From a virus (taxonomy: Duplodnaviria; Caudoviricetes): 63,295 bases of DNA. The stretch spans positions 1-63,295 of IMG/VR virus record IMGVR_UViG_3300032050_008197. One strand, given 5' to 3'. This document shows, piece by piece, positions 54,093-62,448 of the stretch. A program made the position numbers and the translations under genes. The number at the start of each line of letters is the position of its first letter. Positions within the stretch are counted from its first letter, which is position 1. The notes under the pieces are model-generated. The model was not told where the DNA came from. It saw only the letters and a list, made by a program, of their open reading frames with translations, and did not search any database.

Positions 54093-54317
54093 GTGAAGAA
54101 AGAATACACAGACGTAGATTTTGAAATGTTCGTAATGCCTTTCGGTAAGCATCAAGGCAAGACTATTTCAGAACTGCCGGCTACGTATCTTCTCTGGTTA
54201 GTAGATGAGAGTTTCTGTCCTCCGGTACTGAAAGCTTATATAGAACTTAATGAAGAGGATTTGAGGGAGCAAGCAGATGAAGGTGACTATCATTATGATG
54301 ATCCAAGTTGGAAGTGA
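54093..54317 (+). CDS. DUF3820-like (MPFGK[HY]xG motif) small protein
   Basis: MPFGKHQGKTISELPATYLLWL. Confidence 0.75.
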   Translation: MKKEYTDVDFEMFVMPFGKHQGKTISELPATYLLWLVDESFCPPVLKAYIELNEEDLREQADEGDYHYDDPSWK

Positions 54318-54319
54318 AG

Positions 54320-54751
54320 ATGAAGAAAACTAAAAATACTAAAGGCCGGCGTAAACTTTTATATGATCCGTCTACCAGGTTTTATTGGTTTTTTCAACTA
54401 GGAGGCTCAGAGGAAGACGCATGTAAATGGTTCTGTAAAGAGATGCGTTTTTCTCTTCCGGAACTAGATTCAGGAAACGCAGGAATCTTTGTAAAGAATA
54501 ATTCTTTTAATAGGACAGGTCTAATATGGGTAGGGGATAAAGATTCTCAGGATATTTCTGTAGTAAGTCACGAAGCTAGTCACGCAGTTACGCATCTATG
54601 CAGAGTAATGAAAATAGATCCTTTAGCTTCAGAAGAATTTGTAGCTACTTATCACGGTTATCTAATAGGAGAGTTCCTTACTTTAGTTAATGAAAGCAGC
54701 TCTCTTTATAAGAATAAATTTAGGCTTCCATTTAAATACAAACTAAAGTAA
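54320..54751 (+). CDS. HExxH zincin-like protein
   Basis: VSHEASHAV...EEFVA. Confidence 0.55.
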   Translation: MKKTKNTKGRRKLLYDPSTRFYWFFQLGGSEEDACKWFCKEMRFSLPELDSGNAGIFVKNNSFNRTGLIWVGDKDSQDISVVSHEASHAVTHLCRVMKIDPLASEEFVATYHGYLIGEFLTLVNESSSLYKNKFRLPFKYKLK

Positions 54752-54802
54752 GGTAACTAAAATTATTACCTGAAAAGGTTAAATTATAAAAAGGAAAATA
54801 AA

Positions 54803-55135
54803 ATGAGTGAATGTATTATTGAATTAAGTGAGCGATCTAAGGCTAAGTTAGATACGCTTAAATACGTATCGGGTCTATCTGCTGAAAGCCTAGAAAAAAT
54901 GAAAGATATCAGAGCCGGATTCTTTAAACTAGCTGCAGAGGTTTTAGCTTTAGGAGATAGCAGAGAAACTTCTGAAGCTTTTACTTGTCTTGAAACAGGT
55001 CTTATGTTTGCCATTAAGCATGTATGTTTAGTAGATGCTGGAGCACTTAAAGAAGGGATTAAAGGATGCTGTGAAGGCACCGAATGTGAATCTTCTTTTA
55101 ATCCAGACTTACCTGAAGGCGAAGTAGAAGGATAA
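54803..55135 (+). CDS. Acb2/Tad1-like helical hairpin protein (putative cyclic-nucleotide sponge)
   Basis: LSAESLEKMKDIR..F..LA.....DSRETSEAFTCLETGLMFAIKHV resembles the RExSxAxTxLE/QTxxMxA pattern. Confidence 0.55.
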   Translation: MSECIIELSERSKAKLDTLKYVSGLSAESLEKMKDIRAGFFKLAAEVLALGDSRETSEAFTCLETGLMFAIKHVCLVDAGALKEGIKGCCEGTECESSFNPDLPEGEVEG

Positions 55136-55140
55136 CAAAA

Positions 55141-55893
55141 ATGAAACGAAGATCTTTAGGTTGGCGCAGAGATAGCTTAGATAAAAGAGATAACATCTTC
55201 TCAAGTTCTAGACTAAAAGAATATATTAAAGTATTGCCGGCTCATGTGGACCTAAGATCTTCGTTTCCTCCTTGCTATGATCAAGGAGAGTTAGGTTCCT
55301 GTACAGCTCAAGCAGTAGGATCAATCTGCGATTATAAGTATGGTTTAGATAATACATTCTTCCCTTCTAGGCTTTTCCTTTACTACATGACAAGGAAACT
55401 AGAAGGAACTACTTTCATAGATAACGGCGCTACTTTAAGAAACACCATCAAAGCAATCAACAAGTTCGGTGTCTGTGATGAATCAGTATGGAATTACATT
55501 ATTGCTAACTTTAATATAGAGCCTCCTTCTTGGGTAAAGGTTCTAGCGGAAAAGCATCAGGCAGTATCTTACAGAAGAGTAAAGCAGAGACTAGATGATT
55601 TAAGAGCTGCTATTGCTGATAGTCATCCGGTTGCTTTTGGGTTCTCTGTTTATGAGAATCTTTACAGCCTTAACAAAGATAAATACCTATTAGAGTTTCC
55701 TGATCCTAACGATGCTCCAGAAGGAGGACACGCTGTAACAGCCGTAGGGTACGATGATACCTTACAGTATTTTATCATTAGAAATTCTTGGGGAGAGGAG
55801 TGGGGAAGTAATGGATACTTTCTCATGCCTTATAATTTTATCTTAGATAAGACTTTGTGTTCTGATTTTTGGACTATTGAGTTAATGGAGTAG
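55141..55893 (+). CDS. C1 (papain-like) cysteine peptidase
   Basis: DQGELGSCTA, GGHAVTAVGYD, IRNSWGEEWG. Confidence 0.92.
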   Translation: MKRRSLGWRRDSLDKRDNIFSSSRLKEYIKVLPAHVDLRSSFPPCYDQGELGSCTAQAVGSICDYKYGLDNTFFPSRLFLYYMTRKLEGTTFIDNGATLRNTIKAINKFGVCDESVWNYIIANFNIEPPSWVKVLAEKHQAVSYRRVKQRLDDLRAAIADSHPVAFGFSVYENLYSLNKDKYLLEFPDPNDAPEGGHAVTAVGYDDTLQYFIIRNSWGEEWGSNGYFLMPYNFILDKTLCSDFWTIELME

Positions 55894-55895
55894 GT

Positions 55896-56216
55896 ATGAG
55901 TGATAAGTTTTTAAAAGAAGTAGGTGGGATAGCAGAAGAAGCTTTAGAGGAGACTATAAGAGAGCTAGCTGAAGAGGATGCAAAGAAAAAACCTAAAGCT
56001 GTCTTTGAGAAAGCTGATCCAGGGTCTGCGTTTTGGTACGTACTTCTCGGTGCTCTTATTAAATCTAGATCTGATTTCTATGAGTTCACTAATAGCGTTC
56101 CTACAGCTTTAATATCTATGGAAGATATTGAGTCTCTTAAAGATCACGTAGTCGTAGTTAAAGATGATCCACACGCTCGTGGGGGTTTTATTGTTACAGT
56201 AGAAAAACAAAAATGA
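55896..56216 (+). CDS. Hypothetical protein
   Basis: GGAG SD; operon-consistent. Confidence 0.6.
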   Translation: MSDKFLKEVGGIAEEALEETIRELAEEDAKKKPKAVFEKADPGSAFWYVLLGALIKSRSDFYEFTNSVPTALISMEDIESLKDHVVVVKDDPHARGGFIVTVEKQK

Positions 56217-58063
56217 TTAAGAACTTTACAGTAGACTTTGCCGGCTCATCTTATCCGGCTATCTATATAGACACTAAAGATAAGGCTGAAGCTGCTATTC
56301 AAAGGATGCTGGAATCCAAAGAGATCTTAGTAGCTGATATAGAGACAGCAGCTCTACCTCAATATAAACATATTCCTGAAGCTGCTCTTTCTCCTCATCT
56401 TGCCAGACCTAGACTCATTCAAATGTTCACTGGAAAAGCTGCGGTGGTTATTGACCTATTTAAGACGGGAGAGTTACCAAGCTTGAAGACTCTGTTCGAA
56501 ACTAGGAGTAGCTGCTTTCACAATCTTAACTTTGATCTGAAGATGATGATGAAGTGGTTTAAGGTTGAATCGGGAGACTTTCACTGCTCTGCTATTATGA
56601 GCCGGTTGGTTTGGCAAGCTCTATACCCTACATTCAAATCCGCAAGCTTAAAGGATGTAGCCAAGGCTTTACTCAATGTTGAGGTAAATAAAGCTGGAGG
56701 TAAAAGTGACTGGAATATTACGGAACTCACCTGGGAACAGGTCAATTACGCTGCAGCTGATACTATAATGCTTTACCTTATTCATGCAAAATTAAAAGAC
56801 TGGATACAAAAGCTTAACCTAGAGAAGTGCTATGAGGTTTACAGAAAAGCCCAGATACCTATATCTATGATGGAGTTGAACGGAATAAATTTTGATGTCG
56901 AACACCACAAGAAAAACATAGTTAACTGGAGATCAGAGTTAGCTGATGCTCGTGATGAGCTACAGAGAATGACAGGTATTCAGGTAGTAACACCTGCCAA
57001 GGTAGGTAAGTGGTTGAAAGAAAACTTACCTCCGGAAGTGGCTGCTATATGGCCTAGAACAGATTCTACAAAAGACGAAGCTGAATGGGAAGATGTTCAG
57101 CTAGCTACTAATGCAGACGCTTTTATAAACTTTTCTCATATCGAGATAGTTAAACCCTTTGCTAAGTACCAGAAAATGTCCAAGCTTTGCACTAGCTTTG
57201 GAATGAACCTTATTGAAATGATTAATCCTGCTACTAAAAGAATTCATGCCGGCTATACAGTTTGTGGCGCAAGAACAGGCAGAGTTAGCGGGTCCAATCC
57301 TAACTTCCAGCAATCCCCTAGAGATAAAGAATTTAGAAAAAGTTTTATTCCCACTGCAGGGTATGAATTAGTTGACGCAGATTTTTCTCAGATAGAGGTA
57401 CGTTATATAGCAGAACTAGCTCAAGAGGAGAGAATGCTAGAAGCTTTCGAGAACGGAATAGATATTTATTCAGCTACTATAGCCGGCATGTTAGGAAAAA
57501 ACATAAAAGATATCACTAAAGATGAGAGGCAGCAAGGTAAGGGAATAGTTCTCGGTAGATCATATGGTTTGGGTAGATTAAAACAATCTAGTTACTGTAA
57601 GAAAAACTACGGCATAACTTTTACTACAGAAGAAAATGATAGACTCTTTTATGCTTACAGAGATTTATATCCGGCATTATATAAATGGCAACTCAGACAG
57701 ACAGACCTCTGCCAAGCTAATAGATATACAGCGTTTGCTGCTTTAGGTAAGTCTAATAAACTATCAGAAGATAAGTATTGGGGTGCATCTATGAATCACC
57801 CTGTTCAGAGTGGCTGTGCTAGCATTATGTATATAGCTTTAATACTAATTGCTGAAGCTTTTAAAGGAAAAGATGTTAATCTTATCGCTAACGTGCATGA
57901 TGAAATTATTCTAGAATGCCGCCCTACAGAAACGGGAGAAGTAAAGAAGAAGGTAGTGGAGTGCATGGAGAAAGCTTATTGTACGATACTACCTGTAAAT
58001 AGAACCTTAAGGAACTTGGTTGACCCTGGAAGTGGAGTAAACTGGAGCGAGGCAAAAGGATGA
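56213..58063 (+). CDS. polA: DNA polymerase family A with 3'-5' exonuclease
   Basis: ADIET, HNLNFD, YAAAD (exonuclease); TGRVS..NPNFQQ, ADFSQIEVR, RQQGKGIVLGRSYG, NHPVQS, VHDEI. Confidence 0.93.
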   Translation: MIKNFTVDFAGSSYPAIYIDTKDKAEAAIQRMLESKEILVADIETAALPQYKHIPEAALSPHLARPRLIQMFTGKAAVVIDLFKTGELPSLKTLFETRSSCFHNLNFDLKMMMKWFKVESGDFHCSAIMSRLVWQALYPTFKSASLKDVAKALLNVEVNKAGGKSDWNITELTWEQVNYAAADTIMLYLIHAKLKDWIQKLNLEKCYEVYRKAQIPISMMELNGINFDVEHHKKNIVNWRSELADARDELQRMTGIQVVTPAKVGKWLKENLPPEVAAIWPRTDSTKDEAEWEDVQLATNADAFINFSHIEIVKPFAKYQKMSKLCTSFGMNLIEMINPATKRIHAGYTVCGARTGRVSGSNPNFQQSPRDKEFRKSFIPTAGYELVDADFSQIEVRYIAELAQEERMLEAFENGIDIYSATIAGMLGKNIKDITKDERQQGKGIVLGRSYGLGRLKQSSYCKKNYGITFTTEENDRLFYAYRDLYPALYKWQLRQTDLCQANRYTAFAALGKSNKLSEDKYWGASMNHPVQSGCASIMYIALILIAEAFKGKDVNLIANVHDEIILECRPTETGEVKKKVVECMEKAYCTILPVNRTLRNLVDPGSGVNWSEAKG

Positions 58064-58500
58064 GTACTCATAGGCATTCTACTCGTACAGGATATACATC
58101 TACTTATAGTGCTTGGAAGGCGCTTAAATTACGTTGTCTGTGTAAAACAAGTAAAAGTTATCCTCGCTATGGAGGCAGAGGAATTACTGTGTGTAAAAGA
58201 TGGATGAAATTTGAAAACTTTCTAAAAGATATGGGAGAGAGGCCAACAGGTTTAACGCTTGAAAGAATTAACAATAAAAAAGGATACTATAAGAGTAACT
58301 GTCGATGGGCGACAGCTTTAGATCAGGCTAATAACAAAAGAAATAATATATTCGTTAAATACAAAGGACGCTCTTTAACTATAGCTCAATGGGCTAGAGA
58401 ACTTAACATAAGAGTGCGTACTTTATACAACAGAAGGTATAGAGGTAAAACTGGAAAAGAACTATTAGCTCCTTCTGTAAATAAAAGATTGACAAGATAA
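58060..58500 (+). CDS. HNH homing endonuclease
   Basis: WKALKLRC...YGGRGITVC..W..FENFLKDMGERP...LERINN...NCRWAT. Confidence 0.88.
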   Translation: MSTHRHSTRTGYTSTYSAWKALKLRCLCKTSKSYPRYGGRGITVCKRWMKFENFLKDMGERPTGLTLERINNKKGYYKSNCRWATALDQANNKRNNIFVKYKGRSLTIAQWARELNIRVRTLYNRRYRGKTGKELLAPSVNKRLTR

Positions 58501-58520
58501 AAATAGTAAGGCAAACTAAA

Positions 58521-58853
58521 ATGAGTAGCCCCACCCAACGAGCCTTAAAAGAATTAAGAAAGAGAGGTTGGAAAGTATACATCACTGAGAAGTTTAATGC
58601 TTTCGCTAGAATCAGGCAGGACGCTTTTGGGTTTGGAGACTTATTAGGAATTGATATAGAGAGTAAAAAAATAGTACTTGTGCAGGTAACATCAGGAGCT
58701 AATCACGCAGCTAGAATAACCAAGATAAAAGGTATTCAAGAAGCGTATGATTGGATAGATAGCGGAGGGCTAATCCTGGTAATGAGCTTTAGAAAAAACT
58801 CTAAAGGTAGATATGACATGAGAGAGGAATATCTAGATTTAGTAAACAATTAA
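58521..58853 (+). CDS. PD-(D/E)xK nuclease / Holliday junction resolvase-like
   Basis: SPTQR...LR..G...V...DAFGFGDL......LVQVTS. Confidence 0.7.
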   Translation: MSSPTQRALKELRKRGWKVYITEKFNAFARIRQDAFGFGDLLGIDIESKKIVLVQVTSGANHAARITKIKGIQEAYDWIDSGGLILVMSFRKNSKGRYDMREEYLDLVNN

Positions 58854-58863
58854 TGGAGACTAT

Positions 58864-59469
58864 ATGAAAAAGAAAAAAACGGTAAAGAAAGAAGCACCTA
58901 AGAAAGTAGTAGCTAAGAAAGCTCCTGCTAAAGTTAAGGCACCTAAACAAGCAAAGGCATCTTTTCAAGATGCTATATCCGGTGCTTTAGATCGTCTGCT
59001 TGATCTTGCTAAAGCTCAAGTCTATGACATGTTTAAGATGTACGTGCAGACTAATCTGCATGTTAACATGCCGGCTACTTTAGAGGACTTCATTGCTTCC
59101 TGGAGTAACACCTTAAAGACTCACGGTATTACTGACGAAGAGTTAGTAGCTGCTCTTGCTCCGCATCAAAGAGATTATCTTCTAGCTTCTACTAAGAAAG
59201 CAGAAGGTAAAGTAGTTCCTGCTCAGGAGAAATTAATAGCTAACCGAATAGCTGAAGCTAATCGACTGGCTGAAGTGAAATTATGTCAGGAGCCTCCTGA
59301 GGCTGCTTTAATAGGAGCACCTGTCGCAACTAAGCCTTCTGGTGTAGTTGTACAGCAGGATCAAGCAGTCAAGATAAATGTAGATGAGTTCGGGCTAGAC
59401 CTTACTCCTCCTACTAAGGCTGCTCCTGCAGCAGCTAACTCAGTGTTTGCTGATCTGGATGTACTTTAA
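58864..59469 (+). CDS. Hypothetical protein with Lys/Ala/Pro-rich (H1-like) N-terminus
   Basis: GGAG SD; KKVVAKKAPAKVKAPK. Confidence 0.7.
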   Translation: MKKKKTVKKEAPKKVVAKKAPAKVKAPKQAKASFQDAISGALDRLLDLAKAQVYDMFKMYVQTNLHVNMPATLEDFIASWSNTLKTHGITDEELVAALAPHQRDYLLASTKKAEGKVVPAQEKLIANRIAEANRLAEVKLCQEPPEAALIGAPVATKPSGVVVQQDQAVKINVDEFGLDLTPPTKAAPAAANSVFADLDVL

Positions 59470-59492
59470 TATTTAACAGGAGGTATAACGTA

Positions 59493-60596
59493 ATGAGAAA
59501 GATACTAGCTATTTTAGTTTTACTAGCCGGATGTAGTTTTCAGAAAGATATACCTCCTGTTGTTCGTGAAGTTCCGCAGATTAAGGCCACTCGCACACCT
59601 ATCCCTGCTATAGCTAATCTCGGTATGGCTAGGTATGCGAAGGTTGCTAGGGACGCACACCCTAAAGGATTCGGTAACGTAACATTTACTAATACCTTTG
59701 GGGATGCGTACCCTGCTTTAGATGCTTTGCTAGCAACCGGCAAAGTTTCAGTTCAAGAATATAATCTTCTTTGGAAAGATGATCACAGATTCAGTCGTAG
59801 AGATTTTCCTTTTATAGTCGAGGAGGCTAAAAAATATGTATCACTTGTTAATAGGTATCCTGATGTTGGTTGTATTTTCTCTGGAGCTACGGAACATAAT
59901 CTCAGTAAAGACGATGCTACTGCTCTTGCTACCGCTGTACTTGCTGTGGTTCCTGCTAGATGCACCTATTCTAATAATCCCTGGGTAGGTAAAGGCGCAT
60001 TCATTGCAGCCGGCCCTAGAATATGTAACGAAATTCACGGATGGCCGGCTAAGAAGCCTAATGTTCCAGGTTGCTATATACACAACCTAGACGGCACAGA
60101 TGCTTTCGATGTTCCTTACACAGATGTAAAGAAGGCTTTTCCTGATGCCTACATGCTTGCCGTATGGACTTCGCAGAATAATGGTAAGAGCAATAGAAAC
60201 GATACGACTCCAAGACCTAAGAGAAAGTTCTGGCCTACTACAGAGCTTATAGACATGCTCGCTTTCTTGTTCACGAAACAAGGAGCTGTCAGCTTACCTA
60301 AGAATTATACAGTCAAACCTAAAGCTGATCAGCATATGGTTCCTCCTGAGCCGAGAGCTTTAAAACCTGTTTTTATTTTACCTTACGCCGGCAATGTAAT
60401 TGAGTTATGGGCTGCAGGTAAAAGAATCGTAACCAGTGAGCCGGCTCAGAAGTTTGCTGATGGAAGATGGAGATATTATTTCAGAGACTACGGTTACAAG
60501 ATTGTAGAGAAAGCTAGAACTTCTGTACTAGGACTATGGGTTCGAGGTAAAAGAGTAGGTAAAACTAATCCTGGGTTTAGACAATTTGGAGAATAA
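59493..60596 (+). CDS. Predicted lipoprotein, 367 aa
   Basis: AGGAGG SD; MRKILAILVLLAGC lipobox. Confidence 0.75.
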   Translation: MRKILAILVLLAGCSFQKDIPPVVREVPQIKATRTPIPAIANLGMARYAKVARDAHPKGFGNVTFTNTFGDAYPALDALLATGKVSVQEYNLLWKDDHRFSRRDFPFIVEEAKKYVSLVNRYPDVGCIFSGATEHNLSKDDATALATAVLAVVPARCTYSNNPWVGKGAFIAAGPRICNEIHGWPAKKPNVPGCYIHNLDGTDAFDVPYTDVKKAFPDAYMLAVWTSQNNGKSNRNDTTPRPKRKFWPTTELIDMLAFLFTKQGAVSLPKNYTVKPKADQHMVPPEPRALKPVFILPYAGNVIELWAAGKRIVTSEPAQKFADGRWRYYFRDYGYKIVEKARTSVLGLWVRGKRVGKTNPGFRQFGE

Positions 60597-60597
60597 T

Positions 60598-60885
60598 ATG
60601 CCAGTAGAATTGAACTTAGTTCCTAGTGATAACCTTTTAAAAGACCTGCAAGGCCCTTGCTCTATCAAGTATATAAAAGAAAAAGAGCCGGCCTTATCTA
60701 CTTCTCTCAAAGAGGATGTAATGGGGATACTAGAAAACGGTAAGCCTTTAGAGGTACAGTGCATAGAAATCATTCGTTACTTTAAAGACAATCAATACTC
60801 TACTCAGATGATAGATTTTCTGCGAGGTGAAGGAATGTCTCATGCTTTAAATGCGAATGCAGATTTTAATGGGCATGAGGATTAA
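60598..60885 (+). CDS. Hypothetical protein (start MPVEL)
   Basis: GGAG SD. Confidence 0.55.
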   Translation: MPVELNLVPSDNLLKDLQGPCSIKYIKEKEPALSTSLKEDVMGILENGKPLEVQCIEIIRYFKDNQYSTQMIDFLRGEGMSHALNANADFNGHED

Positions 60886-60905
60886 CATAAACTAGGAGAA
60901 TGTAT

Positions 60906-60977
60906 ATGGATAAGAAAGCAAAGAAGGTAGTTAAGAAAGAAGTAAAGAAAGCAGTTAAAAAGAAAGCTAAGAAATAA
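60906..60977 (+). CDS. 23-aa Lys-rich peptide MDKKAKKVVKKEVKKAVKKKAKK, not in the ORF track
   Basis: AGGAG SD upstream; followed directly by a terminator. Confidence 0.55.
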   Translation: MDKKAKKVVKKEVKKAVKKKAKK

Positions 60978-60982
60978 GGTTT

Positions 60983-61011
60983 AGGGGTGCCTTTACGGAG
61001 GTACCCCTTTT
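60983..61011 (+). terminator. Rho-independent terminator
   Basis: AGGGGTGCCTT-tacg-GAGGTACCCCT followed by TTT. Confidence 0.7.
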
Positions 61012-61021
61012 AAAAGGCACT

Positions 61022-61345
61022 ATGGAAGAACAAACGGACGAACAGACATTCGAGCAGACCTTCAAAGAAGAGATAGAGGAGATTCAAAAGAGAGCAGCAG
61101 ATAACGATCAGTTAGCTGTGTTCCTTGCTGCAACTAAAGAGAGGTTCGATAAGCACTTTGATCATCTAGGTTACGTTTGTTTTGTTTTTGATAAGAGTAA
61201 TCCGGAGAATGCTTACATAGCTAACATCTCTAATGTGCCGGTTAAGGGGTACCTGAGAAAGCTACTTCCTTTCCTAGCTAAATACAGACAGGCGTTTAGG
61301 AAGTTAAATAAGAATAGAAGCAGGAATTTTAGGAGAGTGAAATAA
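61022..61345 (+). CDS. Hypothetical protein
   Basis: 107-aa ORF. Confidence 0.6.
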   Translation: MEEQTDEQTFEQTFKEEIEEIQKRAADNDQLAVFLAATKERFDKHFDHLGYVCFVFDKSNPENAYIANISNVPVKGYLRKLLPFLAKYRQAFRKLNKNRSRNFRRVK

Positions 61346-61551
61346 TGCAAGACGATGTAGGTTTAGATAATTACAATAACTCTAAAAGATATATCGAAGA
61401 AGCCCTTACTGCCGAGCGAGAACGAATATTTAATGAAATTAGAAAGGTGGCTGAAAATGTTTATAGACCTAGTAAGCCTCCTTATGCACTTATTTATGTA
61501 CATACTCTAGCTGAAATTTGTAAGGTGGTTAAGTGGGGGAGAGTGAAGTGA
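61345..61551 (+). CDS. Hypothetical protein
   Basis: AGGAG SD; TAATG coupling. Confidence 0.55.
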   Translation: MQDDVGLDNYNNSKRYIEEALTAERERIFNEIRKVAENVYRPSKPPYALIYVHTLAEICKVVKWGRVK

Positions 61552-61781
61552 GGAAGCCGGTGCAGTACTTTTATGAATATGAAGTACAGAACATTTATGA
61601 TGAGCATGATGCTTATAGGTTTCACGGGATAGAATTACATAAGACTTTAATGTGTTTGTGTGATGATGGTACTTTATGGAGATTTATGAATGAAAAAGAT
61701 AAGGAGACTTGGGCATTAGTAGTTATGCCTGGAATCCCTCAGACAGTACTTAACTGTAACACGCCTAGGGTAACTTTATGA
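61548..61781 (+). CDS. Hypothetical protein
   Basis: LCDDGTLW...W...PGIPQ motif; probable GTG start coupled to the upstream stop. Confidence 0.55.
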   Translation: MRKPVQYFYEYEVQNIYDEHDAYRFHGIELHKTLMCLCDDGTLWRFMNEKDKETWALVVMPGIPQTVLNCNTPRVTL

Positions 61782-61915
61782 AAAAACTTTTAATCGTATT
61801 AATCTTTGCATGTGGAATCAGACCTATAACACAGCCATTCGGTTGTGATGGTAACTGGGTCTGTGTGTGCGATTCGGATAGAAACTGTGAATGGGTATTA
61901 ATTTGTAAAGGGTAA
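61778..61915 (+). CDS. 45-aa exported Cys-rich peptide, not in the ORF track
   Basis: MKKLLIVLIFACGIRPITQPFGCDGNWVCVCDSDRNCEWVLICKG; ATGA-coupled and fills the gap exactly. Confidence 0.6.
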   Translation: MKKLLIVLIFACGIRPITQPFGCDGNWVCVCDSDRNCEWVLICKG

Positions 61916-61916
61916 A

Positions 61917-62249
61917 ATGAGGTTCAAAGTAAGTTCAAGTATAGAGAATGCTTCTAAGCTTCTCCTCCGGACAATCATAGAGAGATTGGAAGGTACTACT
62001 AATGTCGGGAACATGGTGGGACTTCTCAGGCAAGACATTCATAAGTTTAAGACAGAGGGCTATGTGCCTTTGAAGCAAGTCTATTCTATAGCTAAGGATT
62101 TGAAGGTCAAAGTTTGGCATCTCTCTTACTATAAGCTAATGGAGGTACATGGCAATGATAGTCCTCATATGAGTACCTTAGTCAAGGAGCTTCCGTTTTT
62201 AACTAAAGAAGATAAGGCAAAGATATTAAAGGTTTATGGAAGCAAATAA
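61917..62249 (+). CDS. Hypothetical protein (possible HTH)
   Basis: 110-aa ORF, operon-consistent. Confidence 0.55.
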   Translation: MRFKVSSSIENASKLLLRTIIERLEGTTNVGNMVGLLRQDIHKFKTEGYVPLKQVYSIAKDLKVKVWHLSYYKLMEVHGNDSPHMSTLVKELPFLTKEDKAKILKVYGSK

Positions 62250-62448
62250 AACACCTATTGAATGGAAGTGGCATATTAGTAAAAGACACCCAGACAGAGG
62301 GTTCTTTTTCGCTGATCAACCTAACGGTATTCCTATAAACACAGGAGAAGTAGATACAGCGCAAAAAGATCATTATCTAGGAACACTACCTAAGTATCAT
62401 GAAGATTTAGCGGAGTATCCTAGGACCAGTAAAACAATCCAGTTATGA
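62236..62448 (+). CDS. Hypothetical protein
   Basis: Stop overlaps the lpxR start. Confidence 0.5.
   Translation: MEANKTPIEWKWHISKRHPDRGFFFADQPNGIPINTGEVDTAQKDHYLGTLPKYHEDLAEYPRTSKTIQL

Noticed and set aside
58489-58517. TTGACA-17-CAAACT promoter
   Set aside because: The -10 is weak and the next ATG is only 3 nt downstream, too close even for a leaderless transcript.
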